IMG/VR virus record: IMGVR_UViG_3300032223_002232
Span: 105,764 to 169,763 of that record
Reading direction: 5' to 3' (one strand)
Source: a virus
Length of the DNA: 64,000 nucleotides
Part shown: positions 48,538 to 55,525 of the stretch, piece by piece
How the letters are laid out: every line of letters starts with the position of its first letter
Position numbering within the stretch: the first letter of the stretch is position 1
Notes under the pieces: model-generated
The model's database searches: none
Told to the model about the DNA's origin: nothing
What the model saw: only the letters and a program-made list of their open reading frames with translations
Made by a program: the position numbers and the translations under genes

Positions 48538-49509
48538 ATGATATTCGAAGAACAAATAAGCCGTAAACCTAATCATTATCCTTGGACAGAAGAATTCATT
48601 GAAGCCATGCATAATGGTTTTTGGACAGACAAAGAATTTAATTTTAAATCTGATGTTCAACAATTCAAAGTAAATTTGAATGATCAAGAAAGAGAAATTA
48701 TTATTCGTACTCTTTCTGCTATTGGTCAGATTGAAATTGCAGTTAAAACTTTCTGGGCAAAGCTTGGAGAAAATCTTCCACACCCATCACTTTCGGATCT
48801 TGGATATGTAATGGCAAATGTTGAAGTTATTCACAATAATGCATATGAAAGATTAATTTCTGCTCTTGGATTGGAAGATATTTTTGAAGAGAATTTAAAG
48901 CTAGATTGGATCGAAGGAAGAGTAAAATATCTTAGAAAATATACTCACAGATTTTATAAGGATTCCAAGAAACAATATCTTTATGCTCTCATCTTATTCA
49001 CATTATTTGTTGAGAATGTTTCTTTATTCTCACAATTCTATGTAATCAATTGGTTTGCTCGTTTTAAGAACGTTCTTAAAGATACAGATCAACAAGTAAA
49101 GTACACTCGCAACGAAGAACAGATTCATGGTCTTGTTGGTACTAGAATCATTAATACAATTAGAGAAGAGTATCCAGAATTATTTGATGAGGAACTTGAA
49201 GCTAAGATTGCTCATGAAGCAAGAGAAGCATTTAAGTCTGAATCGGAAATTGTAGATTGGATGGTTAATGGAATTAAGGAAGAAAATCTTACTGCTCCTA
49301 TTCTCAAAGAGTTTATTAAGAATCGTATCAATGATTCTCTCATTCAAATTAAATTCAAGCCTGTGTTTGAAATTGATAAGGAACTATTAGGTAAAACCAA
49401 ATGGTTTGAAGAAGAACTTATTGGAAATAATATGACAGACTTTTTCCATTCTCGTCCGGTTGAATATTCTAAGAAAGGTCAATCTTTTGATGAGAATGAT
49501 CTTTTCTAA
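48538..49509 (+). CDS. nrdB: Ribonucleotide reductase beta subunit (class Id-like)
   Basis: KP.HYP, FW...EF.F..D, QIE.AVK.FW, EVIH..AY, VENVSLFSQF, EEQIH, DFF..RP..Y. Confidence 0.92.
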   Translation: MIFEEQISRKPNHYPWTEEFIEAMHNGFWTDKEFNFKSDVQQFKVNLNDQEREIIIRTLSAIGQIEIAVKTFWAKLGENLPHPSLSDLGYVMANVEVIHNNAYERLISALGLEDIFEENLKLDWIEGRVKYLRKYTHRFYKDSKKQYLYALILFTLFVENVSLFSQFYVINWFARFKNVLKDTDQQVKYTRNEEQIHGLVGTRIINTIREEYPELFDEELEAKIAHEAREAFKSESEIVDWMVNGIKEENLTAPILKEFIKNRINDSLIQIKFKPVFEIDKELLGKTKWFEEELIGNNMTDFFHSRPVEYSKKGQSFDENDLF

Positions 49510-49524
49510 AGGTAAATATTGAAT

Positions 49525-49701
49525 ATGAGAAATAAAGATACAATTTTATTAGAGAATGCTTATAATTCTATTTTAGAAGCTAAAATGTGTAAATGTAAAT
49601 GTGATTGTGAAGCATGTAAAGAAAAAAAGTGCAAGGATTGCAAACATAAAAATTGCGATTGCGATTGTGAAGGTTGCGAATGTAAAAAGAAAAAAGATTA
49701 A
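49525..49701 (+). CDS. Metallothionein-like Cys/Lys-rich protein
   Basis: C-terminal region with 13 Cys in CxC/CxxC arrays; TAAATA 6 nt before ATG 49525. Confidence 0.7.
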   Translation: MRNKDTILLENAYNSILEAKMCKCKCDCEACKEKKCKDCKHKNCDCDCEGCECKKKKD

Positions 49702-49769
49702 TTCATAAAATAAAACTATAATTTGATTGCTATCTAGCATCAATTTGATAAGATAGATATATCAAATTT

Positions 49770-51446
49770 ATGAGTACCGAAACGCAGCAAACAGAGATTT
49801 ATTGGCTTAACAAAGATTCTAGAAAGTTCCTCCAAAGAGGATATTTGTTAGAAGGAGAAACACCAGAGCAAAGAATTTCTGACATTGCAAAAACAGCACA
49901 GAAACTTTTAGTAGAGTTTACAGGTGATACAAAGTTTGCAAAAAAGTTTGAAGATTATATGCACAGAGGATTTTATTCTCTTGCTTCTCCCATTTGGTCT
50001 AACTTTGGTCGTAAGAGAGGTCTTCCTATTTCTTGTTTTGGTTCTCATATTCCTGACACAATGGCAGGAATTCTTGAGAAGGTTGCTGAAGTTGGAATCA
50101 TGACAAAGAATGGTGGAGGTACTTCTGCTTATTTTGGTGATCTCAGAGCAAGAGGAACGGAGATTTCATCTGGTGGTGAATCTACTGGTTCAATTCACTT
50201 TATGGAGCTTTATAATAAGCTTATGAGCGTTGTATCGCAAGGTAATGTTCGTCGTGGATCATTTGCAGCTTATCTTCCAATTGATCATGGTGATATTGAA
50301 GAGTTTTTAAAGATTCGTGGTGAAGGTAACGAGATCCAAGATCTTTCAATTGGTGTCACTATTACTGATGCTTGGATGAAGTCCATGCTTGATGGTGACA
50401 AAGAGAAGAGAAGAATTTGGGGATTGGTACTCAAGAAGAGATTTGAGTCTGGTTATCCATATATTTTCTTTACTGATAATGTAAACAAACAAGCACCAAA
50501 AGTTTATAAGGATTTGAAGATGAAGATTACCCAATCTAATCTTTGCACAGAAATTATGCTTCCAAATAATGAAGATGAATCATTTGTTTGTGATCTTTCT
50601 TCAATGAATTTGGAGAAGTGGGAAGAGTGGAAAGATACTGATGCAGTAGAGACTATGATTTATTTCTTAGATGCTGTTATGTCAGAATTCATTGGAAAAA
50701 CATATGGTATGAAATTCATGGATGCTCCTCGCAATTTCGCAATTCGTCATCGTGCATTAGGTCTTGGTGTTCTTGGTTGGCATTCTCTCTTGCAGTCAAA
50801 AATGATTGCATTTGAGTCAATGGAAGCAAAACTTCTTAATTCAACTATTTGGAAAACAATTCGTGAAAGAGCAGATAAGGCTAGTATTGAACTTGCTCAA
50901 TTAATTGGTGAACCATTACTCCTCAAGGGATATGGTCGTAGAAACACCACAACGCTTGCTGTAGCCCCTACAACTTCTTCCTCATTTATCTTAGGTCAGG
51001 TTAGTCCGTCTATTGAACCAAATAATAGTAACTATTATGTTAAGGATCTTGCCAAAGGAAAGTTCTCATATAAGAATCCCTATCTCAAGAAGCTCTTAAA
51101 AGAAAAAGGTAAGAATGATGATGACACTTGGATGGACATTCTCAAGCATAGTGGATCGGTTCAGCATGTTGATTTCCTCACCCAAGAAGAGAAAGATGTA
51201 TTCAAGACATTTGAAGAAACATCACAAAAAGAAATCATTATTCAAGCTGCTGGTCGCCAAAAATACATTGATCAGGGTCAGAGTTTAAATATGCTTATCC
51301 CTGCTGGAACACCACCAAAAGCTGTTAATGAACTTATTATCTTTGCTTGGGAACAGGGTATTAAGAGTCTTTACTATCAGAGATCAACCAACCCAGCAAA
51401 AGAACTTGCTCGTTCAATCATGACATGCAAATCTTGTGAGGCATAA
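49770..51446 (+). CDS. nrdA: Ribonucleotide reductase alpha subunit, compact, no ATP cone (class Id-like)
   Basis: LPISCF, GGGTS, SNLCTE, VCDLSS, APTTSSS, DQGQSLN, KSLYY, CKSCEA. Confidence 0.95.
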   Translation: MSTETQQTEIYWLNKDSRKFLQRGYLLEGETPEQRISDIAKTAQKLLVEFTGDTKFAKKFEDYMHRGFYSLASPIWSNFGRKRGLPISCFGSHIPDTMAGILEKVAEVGIMTKNGGGTSAYFGDLRARGTEISSGGESTGSIHFMELYNKLMSVVSQGNVRRGSFAAYLPIDHGDIEEFLKIRGEGNEIQDLSIGVTITDAWMKSMLDGDKEKRRIWGLVLKKRFESGYPYIFFTDNVNKQAPKVYKDLKMKITQSNLCTEIMLPNNEDESFVCDLSSMNLEKWEEWKDTDAVETMIYFLDAVMSEFIGKTYGMKFMDAPRNFAIRHRALGLGVLGWHSLLQSKMIAFESMEAKLLNSTIWKTIRERADKASIELAQLIGEPLLLKGYGRRNTTTLAVAPTTSSSFILGQVSPSIEPNNSNYYVKDLAKGKFSYKNPYLKKLLKEKGKNDDDTWMDILKHSGSVQHVDFLTQEEKDVFKTFEETSQKEIIIQAAGRQKYIDQGQSLNMLIPAGTPPKAVNELIIFAWEQGIKSLYYQRSTNPAKELARSIMTCKSCEA

Positions 51447-51447
51447 T

Positions 51448-51840
51448 ATGAAAATTGCACCAGACATAATAACTGAATTAAAAGATAATGAAATCTTTGT
51501 ATTTGGATCAAATGAAGCAGGTATACATGGAGCAGGAGCAGCCAAGTTAGCTAGAGAAAAATTCGGAGCTATTGGTGGTGAAGGTTTTGGTTTACAAGGT
51601 AAATCATATGCAATTCCAACAAAAGATTATGATATTATCACTTTAAATCTTAATATAATTAATCGTTATGTAAAAGCATTTTTAGTAGAAGCATATAGAT
51701 ATTCTGATTTAAATTTTCTTGTAACAGAGATTGGTTGTGGGCTTGCTGGTTATAAACCAGAAGATATTGCACCATTATTTAAAAGTTCATCAGAAAATGT
51801 TTTTTTACCAAAAAGATTTGTTGATATTTTAACAAAGTAA
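51448..51840 (+). CDS. Conserved phage macro-domain-like protein (A1S_2505-type)
   Basis: EIFVFGSN.AG.HG.GAA, G.G.QG.SYAIPT, VT.IGCGLAG. Confidence 0.8.
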   Translation: MKIAPDIITELKDNEIFVFGSNEAGIHGAGAAKLAREKFGAIGGEGFGLQGKSYAIPTKDYDIITLNLNIINRYVKAFLVEAYRYSDLNFLVTEIGCGLAGYKPEDIAPLFKSSSENVFLPKRFVDILTK

Positions 51841-51855
51841 TATAAAATATTACAT

Positions 51856-52155
51856 ATGATAAAAACAATTCAAACAAGAGAAGAAGCTTATATTCAATTC
51901 ACAGATGAAGAAATTGCAGAGCTTGGCTTAAAGCAAGGCGATGAGTTTGAAGTATCACCAACAGAAGATGGTGGATACATCTTTAAAAAGATGGAAGAGA
52001 TTGAACTTGATCTCAATGAATTCCCAAGAGAGCTTCTTGAATTGTTAATCAAGAAATCTTGTGAAAAGAATGTATCAATTAATACAATCATTAGAGATGC
52101 ATTAAAGGTTTTTGTTGATAGAGATCCAGTATTTGATAATATCAATGCAGAATAA
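51856..52155 (+). CDS. AbrB/MazE-like plus ribbon-helix-helix-like DNA-binding protein
   Basis: LGLKQGD AbrB-like motif; VSINTII.DAL. Confidence 0.6.
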   Translation: MIKTIQTREEAYIQFTDEEIAELGLKQGDEFEVSPTEDGGYIFKKMEEIELDLNEFPRELLELLIKKSCEKNVSINTIIRDALKVFVDRDPVFDNINAE

Positions 52156-52489
52156 TTTCAGATTTAGATCTTGGAATATCTTAAATAAAGATTTTATATA
52201 TTGGGGTTTGTTTGATCAAGACCCAAGAGGTGAGATAACTTTTGGTACAAGTGATCCACAACAGTCCACAGGTCTATTTGATAAAGAAGAAAAGGAAATT
52301 TACGTTGGTGATTATATCTTTTGTATAGATGATATGGAATTTTATGAAGTCTTATTTTATAAGGGCATGTATGTAATTAAGATTGTAGATGGTGATTACT
52401 CACCACTGTATGATTATACATTTGATAGTATTGTAGTTGGTAATGTGTTTAGCACAACGATTGACATACTAAAGAAAAGTTTAGGGTAG
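52145..52489 (+). CDS. YopX-family protein
   Basis: FRFRSW, QSTGL.DK..KEIY.GD, VVGNVF. Confidence 0.85.
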   Translation: MQNNFRFRSWNILNKDFIYWGLFDQDPRGEITFGTSDPQQSTGLFDKEEKEIYVGDYIFCIDDMEFYEVLFYKGMYVIKIVDGDYSPLYDYTFDSIVVGNVFSTTIDILKKSLG

Positions 52490-52567
52490 GTATACCGCTA
52501 AGGAGGCGGCTTGGTCTGTAAAACCAATGTTGTAATGACTCGTCGGGATCGTTACCCGAACTACCCA
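52484..52567 (+). tRNA. tRNA-Tyr(GTA)
   Basis: GGGTAG/CTACCC acceptor, TTGGT-CTGTAAA-ACCAA anticodon arm, long variable region, TCGGG-ATCGTTA-CCCGA T arm; no encoded CCA. Confidence 0.85.
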
Positions 52568-52572
52568 TACTT

Positions 52573-53223
52573 TTAATTCTTTGGCTTGAATACAGCCTTC
52601 TTGAATTTAGGTCTACGATCATCTGGTCGCCTGTTAATGTCTTTAATAGGACAAGCACAATGCTTTTGTAAGATGCATTCAGAGCAACCATAATCAAGAA
52701 AGATATCTGGACGATGGCAAGCAAAGTTTGTAAACGCCTTACAAGCGTCTTTGTCTTTGACTAAGCTGATTGGCTCACGAGCCTTATAAAAATCGATTTT
52801 AGGCAGCGTCTCGCTAATTGCATCACGCCTTGCTTGCATCTCTTCTCTCGTTAAGACCTGCACAACCTTATCTTTCTTTTCAACTTCTGGTTTTGGTTTG
52901 CAATTTTTACAAACAGATTCAGTTAAAACACGTTTCATGTCACCATCAAACTTCTTCATGGCATGAGCCATACCAATTCCTTTAAGACCAATAAAGTCCG
53001 TATGGCAGACAGAACACACAACTCTATTGTGTGGTAATTTCTTTGTTTCGTTCCAAATCTTGAGCCATTGATCAAGATTTTCTAATTGATTTATAGGAAT
53101 ACTCACAATTTTTCTGTCCTTTTTAGAAGGACGGATTTTCTGTTTCTTGACCTTTTTAGAAGGCTTGATTTTTAAAGCTTTTACTTTCTTTGTGGGTTTC
53201 TTGGTAGGCTTTTTCTTTTTCAT
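52573..53223 (-). CDS. Lys-rich, Cys-cluster (Zn or Fe-S) hypothetical protein
   Basis: Histone-H1-like N-terminus; CSVC, CKNC, C...CSEC.....C.C; TAAATA 7 nt upstream. Confidence 0.7.
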   Translation of the reverse strand: MKKKKPTKKPTKKVKALKIKPSKKVKKQKIRPSKKDRKIVSIPINQLENLDQWLKIWNETKKLPHNRVVCSVCHTDFIGLKGIGMAHAMKKFDGDMKRVLTESVCKNCKPKPEVEKKDKVVQVLTREEMQARRDAISETLPKIDFYKAREPISLVKDKDACKAFTNFACHRPDIFLDYGCSECILQKHCACPIKDINRRPDDRRPKFKKAVFKPKN

Positions 53224-53406
53224 AGGACACTATTTAACAATAAGAGTGAAAAGATTACAAGAAAAAAAAGTGGGAAAGTTTTGATTAAAATATAAATGCA
53301 AACAATTGCACCAAATATTAAAATCAAATATCTTATTTCTTTAAACAAGTTTTTCATTGCGTTTTATATTAGGGTATGCTATATTTAATGTCAAGGTAAA
53401 TATATC

Positions 53407-53778
53407 ATGAATAATTTTAATATGTATGTCGAAAAGGTTGAAGAAGATTTAAAAGATAAAGAGTTTCAAATGTTTCTAGCAAAAAGAAAAGCTGGAGCAA
53501 GTAAACTTGCAATCCAAACAAAAAACAAAGGTGGTTATTCCAAATTAACAGCAATTCATTATGAAGCCAAAGCAAAACCTTATGCTGAATCATTAAAACA
53601 TGCTGATGATAAAAATAGAGAATCATTTTTTAAAATGAAAGCAAAAGAAGTTTATAGTAAATTGAGCAATCTTGATTCTTTATCGCAAAGAGATTTTCAA
53701 TCATTGATGGGTCAATTAGAAGTTTGGGGTGAGGTTTATATCAGATCAAAGAAACCATCAAGCATCAAGTTGGATTAA
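53407..53778 (+). CDS. Hypothetical late protein
   Basis: TAAATA 4 nt upstream; 123 aa. Confidence 0.65.
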   Translation: MNNFNMYVEKVEEDLKDKEFQMFLAKRKAGASKLAIQTKNKGGYSKLTAIHYEAKAKPYAESLKHADDKNRESFFKMKAKEVYSKLSNLDSLSQRDFQSLMGQLEVWGEVYIRSKKPSSIKLD

Positions 53779-54153
53779 TTCTATTCCAAATTTCTTTGCA
53801 AGTTCAAGTGTTGATGGATCAAATTTATAAACTTCTTTGTAAATGATCTTTTTAATGCCATAAGCAGCTAATGACTTAAGACAGTCATTACAAGGTAATA
53901 ACGTTGTAGCAGCCATGTAACACTCATTAGGTTTAACGTAACGCAATGCATTAATTTCCGAATGAACAACATATTTCCTACGTTCACCACGATTACTCCA
54001 ATCCTCTTCCATACCAGCAGGAAATCCATTGTAGCCTAATGATGCAATACTATTATCATGCCTTAGAAGACAACATCCTACAGTTTGCCAAGGATCTTTA
54101 GATTTAAGTGCTGCTACTTCAGCTAATTTAAGAGCGTATTGATTCCAATCCAT
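53758..54153 (-). CDS. dCMP deaminase
   Basis: SKDP...VG, GYNG, HSEINAL, PCNDC. Confidence 0.92.
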   Translation of the reverse strand: MDWNQYALKLAEVAALKSKDPWQTVGCCLLRHDNSIASLGYNGFPAGMEEDWSNRGERRKYVVHSEINALRYVKPNECYMAATTLLPCNDCLKSLAAYGIKKIIYKEVYKFDPSTLELAKKFGIELIQLDA

Positions 54154-54154
54154 A

Positions 54155-54739
54155 TTATGCAGTTTTTAAAAACATATTCCATTCGGCTATATTATGTTTA
54201 TTTTTAATGTAAAACGTTGAAGGTAAATGTCTTGGAATAACTGGTTGTTTAATTAATTTCAAACCAGCTTCCTCTGGAGTTCTATTTGCCTTCTTAGCAT
54301 TAATTTCTTTATGGGAGAGAACACAATTATCCCAATTAGATCTACCACCTCTACTTCTTGGAATGACATGATCTACGTTACCTTCATTTTTAGAAAGCTT
54401 TTTACCAGTATATTGACATATACCACCATCACGATTCCAAACTCCACTCAAGGAAAATTTAGGACGTTTAAGTGGTACTTTATCAAAATGACAAAGAACT
54501 ATAACTTTTGGAATTTTAATTTCACCATTAATTGTTTTTACATAATCTGATTCTGGATCGTTTGGTAAATTAATCCAATCATTCCATTTATATGGAATCA
54601 TTTGATCTTCACCCAAAATATCTAATCCAGTTGCATTATCTGTATACATCATCGACAAAGCTTCTGCTGGTGATTTTACATGAATTGCTTGCCAATTCCG
54701 ATTAAGGACAAGTACAGTAGTTCTATTGAGATTACTCAT
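54155..54739 (-). CDS. HNH endonuclease (McrA-like)
   Basis: VLVLN, P.VI.L, RD...CQYTG, VDHVIPRSRGG..WDN.V....IN.KK.NRTPEEAG. Confidence 0.9.
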   Translation of the reverse strand: MSNLNRTTVLVLNRNWQAIHVKSPAEALSMMYTDNATGLDILGEDQMIPYKWNDWINLPNDPESDYVKTINGEIKIPKVIVLCHFDKVPLKRPKFSLSGVWNRDGGICQYTGKKLSKNEGNVDHVIPRSRGGRSNWDNCVLSHKEINAKKANRTPEEAGLKLIKQPVIPRHLPSTFYIKNKHNIAEWNMFLKTA

Positions 54740-54783
54740 ATTATTATATATTATTTATTATCTAGTGGTTTGTCAAGAAAATG

Positions 54784-54857
54784 CGGAATTGACGAGGCTC
54801 GAACTCGCAACCCTCGCCGTGACAGGGCGATGCTCTGACCAATTGAGCTACAATTCC
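54784..54857 (-). tRNA. tRNA-Asp(GTC)
   Basis: GGAATTG/CAATTCC acceptor; TCGCC-CTGTCAC-GGCGA; GTTCGAG T-loop. Confidence 0.93.
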
Positions 54858-54863
54858 GTTTCA

Positions 54864-54936
54864 TAGGACTAGTAGGGATCGAACCTACGACAAACACGTT
54901 ATCAACATGCCACTCTACCAACTGAGTTATAGTCCT
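54864..54936 (-). tRNA. tRNA-Ile(GAT)
   Basis: AGGACTA/TAGTCCT acceptor; GCATG-TTGATAA-CGTGT; GGTTCGATCC. Confidence 0.9.
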
Positions 54937-54943
54937 GATAAAA

Positions 54944-55019
54944 TGGTACACGATGAGGGACTTGAACCCCCGACAAACAGAATGTAAATCTGCCACTCTA
55001 CCAACTGAGTTAATCGTGC
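54944..55019 (-). tRNA. tRNA-Val(TAC) with encoded CCA
   Basis: GCACGAT/ATCGTGT-ACCA; GCAGA-TTTACAT-TCTGT; GGTTCAAGTCC. Confidence 0.92.
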
Positions 55020-55029
55020 TTATTAATAT

Positions 55030-55058
55030 ATACTATAATAATAATTACATATTGTCAA
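55030..55058 (-). promoter_or_regulatory. Sigma70 promoter of the tRNA cluster
   Basis: TTGACA-17 nt-TAGTAT, 10 nt before tRNA-Val. Confidence 0.75.
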
Positions 55059-55059
55059 T

Positions 55060-55086
55060 AAAAAAGCCATCTCACGATGGCTTCTT
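55060..55086 (-). terminator. Intrinsic terminator
   Basis: Minus strand AAGCCATC-GTGA-GATGGCTTTTTT after the gene at 55114-55488. Confidence 0.85.
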
Positions 55087-55113
55087 TAAATTGGTATAAA
55101 CCAAGAAGTAAAT

Positions 55114-55488
55114 TTACTTACGATACATGATTGCATTAGCAACATGCACAATATAATCATTTGCAATAGCAATCTTCTCTTCCATCCAAGGGTCAATGTT
55201 AGCACCATTTTCTAAACATGTAGAAATTTCATGTGCATGTGATCTGATTGTATGAAGATGGGATGCAACCATTCTTTGTTTCTCTTCTTCATTATCTTCC
55301 ATATCTTTAACACTAATATCATGTGTTTCAATATTATCACCAACATTATCCTCACCCATTTCAGACTCATGACCAAGTGACATTTCTTCACCATTTCCCT
55401 GCTCTAAATCATCTTTTGGTGCAAATTCTTTATCAAGAACTACATCATCATAAGCTTCCATTAATGAAATATAATCTTTTCTATTCAT
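55114..55488 (-). CDS. Hypothetical acidic late protein
   Basis: PWMEEKIAIANDYI motif recurrent in T4-like head-associated proteins; TAAGTA 6 nt upstream. Confidence 0.7.
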   Translation of the reverse strand: MNRKDYISLMEAYDDVVLDKEFAPKDDLEQGNGEEMSLGHESEMGEDNVGDNIETHDISVKDMEDNEEEKQRMVASHLHTIRSHAHEISTCLENGANIDPWMEEKIAIANDYIVHVANAIMYRK

Positions 55489-55525
55489 ATTTTATACTTA
55501 CATTTAAAGTCTATCAATTCAAAAG

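Noticed and set aside
9103-51446. Inteins or group I introns in polymerase, helicase, terminase or RNR
   Set aside because: Lengths are typical, frames are continuous and no splicing motifs were recognised
52449-52724. 91-aa minus-strand ORF
   Set aside because: Antisense to tRNA-Tyr and overlapping a better CDS
53297-53388. Possible ~30-aa ORF in the intergenic gap
   Set aside because: Too short, no recognisable features, and it overlaps promoter-like elements
54751-54996. 81-aa ORF from the track
   Set aside because: It overlies three well-formed tRNA genes
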